A DNA stretch of 64,000 nucleotides from Bugula neritina (lineage: Eukaryota; Animalia; Bryozoa): positions 1,674,001-1,738,000 of the forward strand of contig OZ037765.1 of the NCBI GenBank assembly GCA_964035545.1, written 5' to 3'. Made by a program: the position numbers and the translations under genes. How positions within the stretch are numbered: the stretch's first letter is position 1; every line of letters begins with the position of its first letter. The notes under the pieces were generated by a model. The model worked only from the letters and a program-made list of their open reading frames with translations. It was not told the origin of the DNA and did not search any database. Shown here one piece after another: positions 13,801-28,800 of the stretch.

Positions 13801-16800
13801 GTTTATTTGTCAATTGATCACTGACTCAGAATGCTGCTGGTTCGCCGGTCATCAGTTATCTGACTGACACCTTTGTAACTGTTTAGGAAAATCTTGTTGT
13901 ATCACCAGCCAACTCACAAAATGTGAAATACTCAACATTTCAAACTACTTTTTTGCCCTCTCCTGGTGACAAGCACATTTTCCTACAATTGAGTTTGTAT
14001 ATCAAACTGCTGCTATTTGCTGGTTATTTCACAGTGCCAAGCAGAAAGAGCAACTTGTAGGAGTATGCTGAGTCAAAGTTGTGGCATGTGTTAGTTTATA
14101 ATGTGGGTCAGCTATAACTGACATATACTGACATGCTCTGAACTGCATGACATGTCTTGACATTACACTGACACATGGTGACACTTGCTGATGGCATGAT
14201 GACGCATAGTAGCACTTGCTAACACATGCTGACATTTGACGACACTTGCTGACATATGGTGGCATTTGCTGATGACATCATCCTGACACTTAGTGACACT
14301 TGCTAACACTTGGTGACTCATGCTGACACTTTCTGAAACATGTTGACACTTGATGACACTTGCTAACACATACTCACACATGGTGACATCTGCGAGCACT
14401 TGCTAACACATGTTGACTGATGTTCTCTCTCTGTAGTTACGAAGCTACTTGCAACAGAGACCCGGTGAAGGACGAGGTGAAGCAGAAGTTTGCTACAACT
14501 CTGCAGTTTGTGGAGGAATATCTGAGCAACGTGGTGAACAGGTCGTGGTCTTTTGCTGACAAGGAACAGAACAAGCTGACTTACGAAGTATGACATCACG
14601 CAGCACATCAGTCTGTGAAAAAAAATTGATTAGGGAGTTCTGAATACGTTTGTCTTGAGAGGTTGATGCTAATGATTGAAATCTTTAGTTTTTGTACGAC
14701 AGTTTAGTATTGTGATCTATTTTGGAATTATCAACTCTCGTTGAAATAGTTGCATATATTCGTACTTGTGGTACATTTTCCATCATCGTATGAAGGTTCC
14801 ATCTGTAAAGTGTAAGAGTGAATAAAATTTATGAAGTTATTTGTGCACTTCATTCTGTTAATTATAGTTTGCAGCTTCTTGTATACTTTCTACACAGTTG
14901 TGTTTGATGTGCTAGATACAAGTAGTATATGATACTATATACAGGTTGTATATTATACTAAATACAGGTAGTGCAGCTGTGCAGGTATCTGATATACTTT
15001 GGATTTTATGGATTCAGTGATTTGTTGCGACTCACCAAAACTCTGCTTGCCATCCTAGACTGTGTACCCGAGCAGAGTTTACAGGATAAGCTAGGCTCAG
15101 AGGTGGTGAAGATTAACACTGCAGGTACACATTCTAAGTAGTTACTCAAGTGTGAAATATACTGGAAATTCCTTTCTATCATTCTTGCATTCAATTTTAA
15201 ATACCAACTTTCCAATTTGTTTTGTTTTTTTCAAAAGAAGTTAATTTGCCTTTAATTACATACTAAAGAGGTATTTCGTTGACTCGAAAATAAAATAATT
15301 TTGTGGTATTTTACTGTCGTTGTTACTGGTTTACACAGTTTACTGAAAGCAATGCTTTTCTACTGTCTAGTTATTCTAGTTAATAATTCCTTTCTTTCGC
15401 TCCCATGTTTCTCTTTTATTCCTATTTCTTGATTCCTATCTCCTGCTCTTTCGTTGCAAATAACTTCCAGAGCTTTGCTACAAAAACTACTCCTTCAGCT
15501 CTAAATCAGCCCCAAATACTTACAAAGTGGAGTAATTTGGTTATATTGTGAGAAAATCCAGCATTATATCATCGCTGTACCAGTTCTACAGCTACACTTG
15601 CTCATCAAAATAATAAAATATTAATATGGTAATAATTTCTTTGAGCAATTAACAAGTATAAATTATGATATTTGCTTTGGACTGGAAATCCCTGGTTGTA
15701 GTTGAAACTAACTGATTCTACATGCAGCAAAACAAAGTAAATAAATTCCTAAAGGAGCAGATTTGAAAGGTCAATTTATTGAAACCTTTAAAACATCATT
15801 TTGTGGTGAAGTTCATTATTTAACGAAAATAAAGATAGCAATTTAAATAGACCTTAGCAAGCCTCTGGAAACAGTATTATATTTGAATGGGATATTGACA
15901 TTGAAGCTGTTTTTTAATTTTAAGATTTTAATTCCCACAATCCACTGGTTGTTTAATATTACTGCTTTTTTGACATGCCACGTAGCGTAAGGTGTTTGTT
16001 ATACTGCATGGAGACAAGTGCTATAAAGTAATCTGCTTTGACGTTATCCAGTGATCCAGTGTGTTTGGCTTGTCAAAAGGTTCAGGATGTTGTTTAGAAT
16101 CACTTGCGTTGCATGTCATGGTGACTCAGCCTGACTTGAAATTGTCACTCTTGGTGTTGTGTTAGCTGTCACAATGTCATGATGGGTGTCACACAGTGTC
16201 ACAATGTTATGCTGGGTGTCACATGATGTCACAATCTCATGCCAGGTGTCACAAAGTGTCACAATGCCATGTTGGGTGTGTCACATGGTTTCACATTATC
16301 ATGCTGGGTGTCACAAGGCGTGCTGCTGCATGCTTTATGTGTATGAGTGATGGCTTTCTTCCTTCAGGTAAAAGCTCGGTGCTGAAATCCCTTGGCGGTG
16401 TGTCTACTGTGCTCACTAATATTATCTTAGCCACCTCTCCTCATTCTCCAGGCACTCCAGGTACGGAGGCGTCCCGTAAGCTCTCCAATAAAGAAGATGC
16501 TATTGTCATGGACACGAAGCTAAAAATCATACAGATCTTGCAGGTATATGTGCACACCTGGTAGCATTATCACCTACAGTACAGTTTCTCTTTTCATATA
16601 ATTATATGGTGTGCATTGTACAGATTTTTCCAGTAGATAGGAAATTTAATTTATATTGTTTTAGTTGTTCTACTGATTACAATAGTATTATAAAATGCTT
16701 TGCCTTTTTACAAAACATTGAAATTTGAGCTCAAAGTTGCTTTATGCCTGAATAAGTCGAGTGTTAATAAACGCTATTTGAATCTACAAAACTTAGCTGG

Positions 16801-19800
16801 CCAAGTTGATACTTGTTGTCTATGAGTTGGTATATCAAACTGCTGTTATTTGTTGGTCACCTTACAGTGTGGAATGATCTTCATGTTGTTTAGGAATAAA
16901 CGTGTTTCATCTGTGAATATCAATAGTTATACATTTTATTAGCAGCTGACTGTATGAATTATTGTAGAAAATATTTTATTACTATTTCCTACTTTAAGCA
17001 CCGAAGTTGAATAAATTGTTCAAATTATAGATGTTTTTCTATTATATATTATTTTATATTCCGTTTTCTACTGTTTGCTCTACTCTTTGTTATTTAACCC
17101 AAAAAGGACTATGTGCTTGTTCTTAGCCTCAGTTCTATTTCATGAAACATGCTGCGTTACAGTTTATTCTGGACGTCAGGCTCGACTATCGAATATCCTG
17201 CTTGCTCTCAATTTTCAAAAGAGAGTTTGGCGAGACTGTAACTCAGAGTGATCCATCTGGTAAAATGTTGTCACGTTAGTGTTTGGGACACCCGTGTACT
17301 CACCCCTAACCCAGCTATACCCCCTTCACCCTCTCAGGCTATTCCTATCTTGAAACAAATTATATTAATATCTATTTCTCAAAATACAGTTTGAAAGATA
17401 TATAATCTGTTTCGAGACTGTTTAAAAGCTTGTTTCAATCATCAGTTAGTGTAGATGGATTTGGAGCTTTTCACTTTCAACGCTGTAGTCTTTAGTTGAA
17501 TATTCTTTCTGGTACTCAGGCTATAGCTTTGATGACTGATTAGTTGCTAAGCAACAGAATTATTTGCATTCATGATGTCACAATGTTCATTTGTGACATC
17601 ACAAAATCCATTAGTGACTTCACCACGTTTCTTTGTGATGTCACAGCATCAGTTGGTGACATCACCTCAATGAAACATTACTTACTCATAGCTCTACGCA
17701 GTCATCAAAAGCAGGGATTAGTCTGTGCTGCTATTGTGAGCTTCACTTCACACGTAACCTTTCACCTAACAGCTCCCAGTCTAACAGCTTAGTAGCTAGT
17801 TGCTTCTGTTTGTGTTTTAGTTCATTTGTGATGCGCGACAAGATTACTATATCGTAAATGTGCTAGTAAGCTATAAGAACCAGGTAGTAGATCTAGATTC
17901 AAACCCAACCGTCGACAGTAAAGGCAACAATTCTGGGACTATCAGTATGTTACCCAACAGCATGCACTGTTACCTTAAACTGCTAGTTTTTTCTGCGAGC
18001 CATATGCATGCTATGATTACAGCAATTGCAAAAGTTTGCTGCTATTACTTGATTTCTTGTTTATCTAGACTTAATTAGTAATTGTAACTGTTGAATGGTG
18101 CCGAGAAAGCATCTACAATGGTGATTTTATATTGTTTTGAAAATCAACTCTTCAACTGGTAGCACTGGTTGTTAGCTTTGCTGCCATTGGCTGGTTTATG
18201 TTGGGTTGGTAAACCTGCTTGTCTAATTTTATGCATTTTTCCCCCAAAGAAATAAATATCTATATGGATAAATGCTCTGATGCCTGGTAGAAATATATAC
18301 CAGGATACAGTCTACTTTTCAGCACCGCAGATTAATGTTTACCACCAGCTTTTGCATGAGCTAGTTCCACTTTGCTTCCTTCCTTTAGTTTTCTAACAAT
18401 CACTGTACTAAACATCTTGCATAGATATTATTGAATTTAGAATTGAACTAAAATGCGCTATATTCAGCTTGGCAACCATTTTCTATCATGTTCCAGATGC
18501 TTAAGTTGTGTTCTTTAACAAAGAGAAGATAATTCTTATATTGCTCCAACTATATTTGCTTTACTTGGAAAGACAACTTTGATTTAGCTGAAATACTAGT
18601 TAATGGAATAATGTGTTGTAGGGCTGGACCTGAATAACATCCAATCACAAGCCGAGGATATTTTTGAAGGAAGGTGAGATTTGTAAGGTTGTTTTATAGC
18701 CTTTTATACAGTGAAGATTTCTTCTGTAGAGAAAGTTTGGGTCGCATCCTGAGCTGCACTGCTATATAATTCAAGTTTGAGCTAGCTCCATAACTATACC
18801 ATTTGTGGACTCACATTTCCACTAGTAATAGTATCAATATTCACACTGCTACTATTTGTATTTGGAATTGTCTCACCCCTTAGTGAAGGGCATAATATAT
18901 CATATATTGAAGTTATCTTTCTTGGAAGTGACACTTTACTGTTTGCAATTGGGACTTGCTTCACTTTCCAATATCACTTTCACTAGCGAGCTGCAGAATG
19001 ACTTAGACTTAGACGGGCAAGGTGGCCGCATGTTCTTGCGGGTGCTTCTCAATCTCGTGATGCACAACTACCCTTCCTTAGTTTCCGGAGCTCTGAAGCT
19101 ACTCTTCAGACATTTTAGTCAGCGCCAAGAAGTTCTCAACGCCTTCAAGCAGGTATAAAATAAGTTCACAACGTCTTGTCTGATTCTTGCTGTTTAAATA
19201 GGCTCTAGTTTTTAGTAGATATCGAGTGTCCGTCTTCTTGTCACTGATTGCCTACTCAACTAGTAGAACAACTTCTATTGGTTGTTTCTAAGCTGATTTT
19301 GGCAATGTTATTAATATTGCTGTGATAGAATACTTTCAGTTTTGATAATATAGTTAAAACACTAACAATGCATATGATTGGCTGTTTGCAGGTTCAGCTG
19401 CTGATATCGGCCAATGACGTTGAGAATTACAAGCAGATAAAAGCTGACCTTGATGACCTGCGGAATATCGTGGAGAAGTCTGAGCTGTGGGTCTACAAGG
19501 AGAGGGCGGAGGACGATAGCTCCGAGCTGGAGAAAAAGGTTGTGAAATTTTCTGGGTTTTCTTGCATGCAGTCTGTTACTGGTTGTTATTATATGCACTG
19601 GTTTTAATACATGTTTCGGGAGTTTAGTAAACCCATTTGCAATAATGTTAACATAACTCCTGGTTTTGTCAAGCTTTTTATGGTAGTAGAATATCCTGAG
19701 AAATCTGCTTACATCAATTTCTCTTCTGGTAATATTTTGCATTGGCCCTAGTTCTAAGACTGCCACCTAGCACTAGGTTTTATCATTAAAAAGCTGAAGA

Positions 19801-22800
19801 CTCGCTGTTTCTAACCAATTCGCGGTGTATTCATATGAGAGTTGTGCCCTCCTGTATGCTGGAATTTATTTGATACGCAAGTCTTTCTGCTGAATATACT
19901 CAGCAAATCTCAAGCCTTTTAATGATATAAACTGTGCTGAGTGGCTGAAGACATCTAGCTACTAGTTAGCTGCTGTGCTGTAACACCAGTCAGCCAGTAC
20001 CTTTCTTGGCGAGACAGCCAGTTGTTAGTCTCGCCTCACATGTTTCCCTCTATTTGAGGATGAAAAGAAGGACAAATCCAAGGACACGCGCCGGCATCCA
20101 CATCTCATGAGGCATAATAGTTCGGCCATTGACCTTGACATTGGCCCTCGTATTGAAATGAATTCCAATAGGAATTATAAGACTATAAAGGTAAGAGGAG
20201 ATAACTCTACAGTGTAGTCCATTGATACTAATATTCTAACATATGTACTTTTCTTCTGCAGATTGCTACTACGAACTGTATGAAGGTAGTGGTTATATGT
20301 AGATATTTTATACATAGTTTGGGAATTTACTTGTTGGTGTAGGTCTTGCATCATGCAGTTTTAGTGGACACGGTTATTTTCACCCGCAGTCTTATTTGTA
20401 GCAAGGCTACGACGTGTGCCGACACCATTTCCTGTTAGCATGCTATAGAAATTTGCCCTTTGAACGTTTATTCACAAATATTATGTTGCCATTTTATTCT
20501 ACCGGAATGTTCCTTGGAGTTAAAGTACAAGAGTATTTGAATGTTTTATTAAAAATCAATTTGAATTTCATCAAAACATTTTACTTGTATAATTTGGTTC
20601 TACTATGATTTGAAAATCTTGATGGTTTTATTAGCATGTAACTGGTCGTCTGATTGGCTAAAACTGGCCACTCAGTAGTCTGAAACCTCATATACCATTG
20701 GCTAGTAGTCTGCAGTCACTTATCTTGTATCAATGGGCCATTTTCACTAAGCGTAGTTACTCTGCATTTATATTTTATGAGCTGGACTATAGTTGAGATA
20801 TGATTTTGAGATAGCCTTAACTACACACTTAGTTCCTTTTGGCATGTACTCTGACAATCATATCACTAAAGACTCAACGTCTATATTTTATGCAAGTTTA
20901 GTGCTGCAACAATTACTTTGTGAACTTATTTTCTAGGTAGTGCTGCAACGATTACTCATAAACTTGTATTTTCTACATATGTAGGTAGTGCTGCAACGAC
21001 TCACCAATCTTTGCGCTACCAAAGCTGCTAAAGGGCAGGTGGTGAGACCCAAGAAGCACGAGCAGCGGTTGCTAAGGAACATGGGGGCTCATCTCATTGT
21101 CCTTGAACTTCTACAAATACCCTATGAAAAGGTCGTCTTATGCTGTTTTATTTTTCGATTTTTTAATAAACCAACAGTTGAAAGTCACTCAGAAGTTACG
21201 AAGAATTTTTGACAGAGTTTTTTCATCATATATTTTTACTTGTATCTACTCGTACATGTTTCAACTTGATTTTTACTGGAAATTTCATAACTTTTAAACT
21301 TTTAGAAGAAAGATATTCGGATGCACGAGTTGATGAAGCTGGCCCACGAGTTCCTTCAGTGCTTCTGTTTGGGTAACAAAAACAACCAAAGCCTTCTCCA
21401 CAAGAGTTTGGAGCTCTTTCTCACCCCCTCAGTAAGCCAACAGATTAGTATCTTCAGAACTTAGGCTTTAATGGCTGTGCTTTCTTCTCTAGAAACTTCC
21501 ATTGAAACCTTCATATGATCTTGCAAGCTGTGCCTGAAATTGCTATTCTCTGTCATATTACTCTTTATGCTAAAAGGGTTTCTTCTCTAAAAGTGGCACC
21601 GGGAAATGTTGTCTGAATCTAATTATATTTCAGGCTTTCAGCGGGTTGTTGGATGTACAGGGTGATTGTTGATATTGTGAATATCACATGTTTATAGCTT
21701 AGCCTTAGCGGCCATACTTGTGTTCTATCTGCTCATAGACACTGTAATATATTCTATAGCAGCACTGCTCAGCTTTTATTATTATTAGCCTGTGATCTCC
21801 TTGCCTCTACTCTACTACTACTGAATCCTGGATGCACAGGTTAAAGGGAAATTCCAGCTATTATATTGCTTCAGTGTTTAGTTTTCAAAAATTGTACAAA
21901 TATGTGTGTTGAATAAAAATACAGAAATATTTTATGCAGCAATCATTTCAAGAAAGTTTCTCCAATTCTCCATTGAGCTAGCTTTTCTGTTGTAATTTTT
22001 GAAGGTCTAAATATAATTTTTGCTTGTTGAAGCTTTGGTATTCAGTTCTTAGCATTGAGCTATCTGTATGATGCAATCTGCTAATTTTTTATTTAAGTTG
22101 AGATGTGAGGTGTAAACAGTAAGCAGTGCAAATATGATATAATAGTATCAATTTTTATTTTATTCAATGTGCTTTTTATGTTGTTAATGCTTGATAGTGA
22201 CCTAGTTTTCTTGTTGTATGGTAGGCATTATCCAATCAGTCGGTAAGTTTCTACATTTCTAATTCTTTCTCTCCACCACTATCCCAAATTATGACACCTT
22301 TTATAGCTGTAACTGTAAGGCACGTGTCATTAAGTGTCACTCAGGGGTATGTGTCCCTGTGTGTCACTCAGAGGTATGTGCTCCTGAGTGACACTTAGGG
22401 GTATAAGTAGCCTATGGTGTTATTAGGCTTAGTTTGTGTCACTCAGCTGATTTATACTTTAGACCAAGTGTCATTTGACACTAGGTGGCAGGTCGCTTCT
22501 GACACCTGTGCAGGTGGTTACTGACACTTGTGCAGGTGGTTACTGACACTTGTGCAGATGGCTAAAGAATTTCAATTTAGATCACAATTATCTAGACAAT
22601 TAGAAGGCAGTATGTTCTGCTAACTTAAAAAAAATTTTCCAGTAGAAACATTTAATATTGCATTTGACTTCTGAGATTCTTGCAGCTTGTAGTGATTTGC
22701 CCATTCCTTATTACAATGATAACAGTAATAGTTTGCAAAGCATTTGGAATGTATTTACAGCATTACGCTGTTTGTTCAAAGCTGATACCTAGCCATCACA

Positions 22801-25800
22801 ACTGAGTAAGGTGTCAGCTTTAGAATTCAGTTAATCAATTGCGCATGACTAACCGCTAGCAATGAATAGAAGGAGGAGTGCTTTAGCTTGAATCTTATGA
22901 TTTTTCAATAGTTCTCAAACTTTTTCAAAGGCTAGGGTAGGTCTAAAAAATCTCAATAAATTGACTGATTGCAATAAAACTTGTTCTTCACTCAAGTTAC
23001 ACCATTAGTTGTAATTAATTACCACTTAAAACTAACACAAATTTAGTTATAATGGGAAGAGCTGTTCCTGTCAGTCATACTATGTTGATTTCCAATATAT
23101 CCTGTTGAACTACTGTCAGTATGTCATGCTCTTTATCATTTCTTGCTGTAATAATGGACCACTCAGTCACTATATTCATACTGATTAGATGATTGAAAAC
23201 TCTCTCTATAACCTACAGTGACTTTCTCCATTAGTCACTGTACTTAAATTTCATTGACTGCTTAGTTATACCTAAAGATTAAACATATTTGCCAGTGATG
23301 CATATCTTATTACATAAAAAGTAATTATTTTTTCTATAATTATTTTCAAAATGTTTCAAAACTATTAGTTTCATTAGCAAAAATTCCAGCCAGCTGTGTA
23401 TTTCATGCCTGGCCATTGGTTTTTTGCACAAAACAACCTTGTAGATGGTTGTGTCTAAGAACTGCGATACAATTACCAAGTGCCACTTGTTTGAGTTGCA
23501 CAACTCCAGTTTATAATATATTACTTCAACAAGCTGGTCTCATCTTATGATCTCTGACTAAATAGACTTTAATTTGACTTTAATTGTATGGTGGCCATGC
23601 TAGCTGAATTCAACATGTTATGATCTTAAAACATCCTGCATTTATATTTGAGTGCCGACATATTATTTATTTTACTGGTATAAGTTGCTCATTCAGTTAC
23701 TAGAGTTATCAGTTGAATATACGTGAGCTCTGCTTGAGTAAACCTACTGCACATTTTGTCTACACACATCTGCAACTACCTTGGCTTGATCCAGTTATCT
23801 GTAGCTTTACTATGCTGATTTGCTCTCTACTGGCCTATTTAGAAGAAAGCTTTTGATTGGCTATTCCCTTGACCTATAAGAGGCTGCTGCTGTTGATTTG
23901 CTACTCCCATGACCCATATTGAGTGTTAACAATCTGCTGTAACTGACTTTTGACCTGTTGGTGACCTTTGTAGTTGTGGGACGCACAGACAGCTCGAGCT
24001 ATTTTTCTCGACAATCAGGCATTGTGTAACGAAGTAACTGATTCGGTGGTGCAGCATTTCGTGCGGATGATAGAGACTCACGGCAGATACGTGGAATATC
24101 TGCAGTTCCTTCAAACTATTGTCAAGTCTGAGGACAACTTCATTAGAAAGACACAAGACATGGTCATGAACGAAGTGAGTTGTCTTCTCTATGCTGGGTT
24201 ATTTTATATGTATTATATACAGCATATATATAAAATATTCAGTTTGTTGACTGTTGATGCAAGAATGTTGCTTTTGTGATAGGCTGGGTTTTAAATAACC
24301 TTTTTTATTTGTTGCTCACAATTTTTTCTCCTAGTTTAGCTTTGTGTCTTTTTCATAACTGCTTAGCATTGTGGGATTGAACATAATTATGAACACCTTT
24401 CTATCATTCTTCCGTTTGCAAGTTTCTGCAATTGAAATTTATTTATTCAACACCTGTTAAACAGGTGCCTCAAAGTGGTGTAGAGTGTGTTAGTAGGGTA
24501 CACGTGAAACAGGTGCCTTCGGGTGGTGTAGAGTATGATGGTTTATACTTGCAGCTGGTGAATGTTGGGGAAGACGTTCTGCTGTTCTACAATGACAAGC
24601 AGTCTTTCCAGATGCTTATACGCATGATGAAGGACAGCGAGTTTCACACTGATGCTAACAGCGCACTCAACTACCACATAACTCTTGTTCAGCTGTTAGC
24701 CAATTGTACGGAGGGAAAGAACGTTACCACGGAGATGAAATGCATTTCCTTGCTTACTTTGGATGATATAGTGCGGGTGGTCACTCATCCTGACTGCACT
24801 GCTAAGGTGCTACTGCACTTTGGTCTTTGGTTAAAATAAAATAATTTCACTCTGTGAATTTCAATTTGATACTAAAATAAATTCTCTTAGATTGTAGTGA
24901 CATCACTCTTGTATAACTCACACTGTTTTATCTACAAGTTTGTCCGTTTTAGAAGTTATTTTTTTAATTCATAAAATCATTCTATACAGTAGCTTTTAGC
25001 CATCCCAGCAATCTTGACTGGAGAAGACATAATGTAATCTCACAACTCTTGCAGGTGAAGTCAGCTTATATAGACTTCCTCAACCACTGTTACATTGATA
25101 CTGAGGTGGAGATGAAGGAGATATACACCAGTAACCATATGTGGGTGCTCTTTGAGAACTTCCTGGTTGACATGGTTACTGTTTCCACATGTACTCTGGA
25201 CAGAGTGAACGCAGACCCTGTAAGTGACTGTCTTGGCTGAGTATGTAGTAACTAGTACTGAGTATATAGTAGTACTGAGTATATAGTAGTACTGAGTATA
25301 TAGTAGTACTGAGTATATAGTAGTACTGAGTATATAGTAGTACTGAGTATATAGTAGTACTGAGTATACAGTAGTACTGAGTATACGTGATGGTGGTACA
25401 CTGGAAGCTCGTGTACCAACAGAGCCACTGGCGGTACAATATTCAAACTCCTGGCAAGTAGTTATAGCATGTAATCAGGGCATGGATAGCTGTAGCTTAT
25501 TCAGACTGCCATCACCAATAGTGACGATGTTATACTGTAAAGTTATACACTGTTGACTGTGTTGTATGTTTAAGCTGTAGTAACAGCAGAGATGATAATG
25601 CCTGTACCTTTGTGTCTCGTGATAGAGTTATCTATTGACTGTTCAACAGAGAAAATGTTCGGCACAGTTTTAACCCTATTCCTAATAGTTTATATCCACT
25701 TCTAACAACTTTGCACTTCTAAACCTCTGTGGTGATTGTAATGCATATTCATTGTGATATTTCAGACTCTAGAAGATTACGTCAGCCATATTGTAATGTC

Positions 25801-28800
25801 GGTGATTGCGTCATTCTTCAACTCTCGTTTCTCCGAGCAGACAACTACTATTCAGGCCCGTCAGCCGGTGTTTGTGAAGCTGCTGCAAGGAGCATTTTCT
25901 CTTTCTTGTTCTTGTTCTTGGCTGTCCGGGATACAGACCTTCCACGTGGAAACTTGTATCCGTACTCTCTCTAATATCGGTGTGTGTATGGCTTGCTTAT
26001 ATCATGGGTGTAAAACCTCGTTTATTTTATATTAAAATTTGAAAAAAAAACCTAAAAGGCTGACTTCAGATAAAATGAAATATACTTTATAATAATGACG
26101 TGTTCCAATCAAGACATCCTATAGTTTTAGTTATCACATATTTAACTTGTTTTGTGTTTTGTATTCACACTGTATGCAGAAATTCATAGTATCAATTTCT
26201 TAGAATTATAATAACATCTTGTATGATGCAGTAACATTATTTTGGCTAGAAGATAGTTATTAGTAGCTGATGTCACCTAATTTCTTGACAAATAATTATT
26301 ATATTAGCTACATTCACTTCTAATGGGGTTATTGCACTTTGCAAGAGGTTTTTGTTGAAATGTTTTACAAGTTGTCTTCATTCAACCCACTAATCTTACA
26401 GCCAAGAACAGGGGCATAGCCATACCAGTGGATTTAGACACTCAGGTTAATTCTCTGTTCAACAAGTCTAAAATTGTCCAAAAGTCTACCAGCAAGTGGA
26501 TGAATATGGGCAAACTGAAGAAGGAGTCCAGTCAGTTCCTCTCTCGGGACTACAAGAGTATTATTGAGGGACTGCAGGTCAGTCACTCACTCACTCAGTC
26601 ACACAATTACTGACTCACTCACTCACTCACTAACTCACTCACCCACTCACTCACTCACACACACTCACTCAAGTAACTCACTCACTCACCCACTCATTCA
26701 CTCACTCACCCACTCATTCATTCACTCAGTCACACACTCACTCACTCACACACTCAAGTAACTCACTCACTCACTCTCTCACTCACCTTTTCCTTCACTC
26801 AATTACTAACTCACTCACTCAGTCATTTATTCAGTCACTTATTCAGCCAGCCAGTTTGATTATTTGTTTATCATGGTAATATTCAATTTAAAAAGTGATT
26901 GAATTTGAAATCACTTGAAATTTTAATGCTCTTAATCTTTTTCATTTATACAGACAACAGCTCCCATTATTGTCAATCTGTATTTAATATAAAACCAGCT
27001 CTGTAGCTCTTTATTCTCCAGGATATCGTGGCTCTGTTAGAGGAGCAGCTGAGACCTCTAGTGCAGGCAGAGATGTCTGTGCTAGTAGACGTACTGCATC
27101 GACCACAAATCCTGTTCCCCATCAACACCGAGGCTAGGAGAGACTGCGAAAAGGGAGGCTTTATATCAAAGTGAGTTTAACAGCTACTGGTTCATCTTGA
27201 CTCTATTCCCAACTCAATTGGTATCAGAATTTAATTATCTAGTTTAGCAGTTGATCTTCAACCAGTCAAAGTTGTTGAGAATATTGGCTTACAAAATATG
27301 TAGTGCTTTACATTCACTGAGTTGGCATACTTTACAGGCAGATTTAAAAAACCGTGTCTTGTAATCTTGTACAATTTAATAATAATTTGCTGAAATATTC
27401 ACATGTAAGTTAGACTTTAGCAGCTCAACTTTATGTGTTGACTCATCATAAATTGCAGCTTCGGTTTATTGCTGAGGGTTTCTATTTGTAGGCTGATCAA
27501 GCACTGCGAAAAGTTGCTGCGGGATCGAGATGTGAAACTCTGCGTCAAAGTGTTGCAGACGTTAAAGGAAATGATGTCAGTAGATTGTGATTTCGGAGAA
27601 AAGGTAAGAAAACGCAACCTGATTCCTTTTATATAAAGTAGAATTGCCACCCCATAGAAGTAACGCCATTCCATCTTCAATTGTATAGAGAGGAAACAAC
27701 TGCATAATTTAAAATTTGATATCCTCAGTAATTTGAAAATAGTTTACTGTATTGTGTTTTTTTTTATAGTAATCTTACCTAATTTCTAATTAACCCATTT
27801 ATATGTTCAATGTCTTCCAGAACTGTCAGGGTATATACTGTCTACATTTGCCCAATTCTTTTCATTAGATTTCTGTTGAACAATCTCCTTCATATTATAA
27901 CAACAATGTATGATTATATACTGGATAAATGTGACTTGAACATTTTGTTGATTATATGATTTATATTTGAGTAAAATCTAAACAAAATAAATTTGTGTTT
28001 TTTTTGCTAAAATAGATGAAATGAAGATGTTTTTATTTGTATAATGTGTTGTTCTATCAGCTGGCAAAGCGAACCGGGAAAAAGGCGTTACCTGAAAGAG
28101 TAAGCAGCCAATCAGCAACTGTTTTGCTCACGTGTTTACGTTTTCATCACTGCAGCACAGTTTAATATGAGTAGTTTGGTGCGGTTGTTTGTTGTGCTCT
28201 TATAAATTGTTAGAATGTAGTTTCCTTATTTGATATTTTGTTCCCGCAAGAAGTGGTTGTGGTCTTTTCTTGTTTATATGATTGTAAAAATATGCCTATT
28301 TACTTATTGTTTTACATAACAGGCTAAGTGTTTAAATTATACGCTTTTAGATGTTTAATTAAAATTCTTGAAATTGATTTTCTGCTGTACATATCTTCAA
28401 GTTGTGTAGATTCAATGAGTTTTAAGTTTATACAAAAATAAACAAAAAATTGTCAAATGTTAAAACGATAATATAACCGTGAAATGTAATGTTGCTGTGA
28501 AAATGAGTTGATGTCAGACCGTTTCCTGTATGGAACTGGTGTTGTGTAACTTTCAATCCTATGTTGACCAATCATATGCATGCTGGCTAGTTGTGGGGAC
28601 CATAGATGCTTGAGATGGTTGTTGGACGTTCGTTGTACATGTATACATGTTTCGTGTTGGTAATTGACCAATAATATGACGAGCCAACTTAGTTTCTTTC
28701 TAATTTCAGGAAACTCGTCTATTAAAAGATTTATGCAAATAATAGATTGTGAAGTTGGCCCTAGAATTGTGTTCAACAAGACTCTCTTGTTGAACACTAG

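Noticed and set aside
15385-15531. Micro-exon at the vertebrate SIII-equivalent intron (33 nt, 15499-15531)
   Set aside because: A long pyrimidine tract is present, but the nearest AGs give stops or the wrong phase, and the only fitting version has a weak donor and no homology support.
13991-16869. 46-bp similarity between 13991-14036 and 16824-16869
   Set aside because: Probably fragments of a dispersed repeat; too short to define an element.
17860-18078. 72-aa intronic ORF as an extra ITPR exon
   Set aside because: In the required phase it reaches a TAA, and exons 17 and 18 already join in frame.
19362-19766. Antisense ORFs over ITPR exons (also 8296, 27417, 33335, 36104)
   Set aside because: Shadow frames of coding exons with no recognisable motifs.
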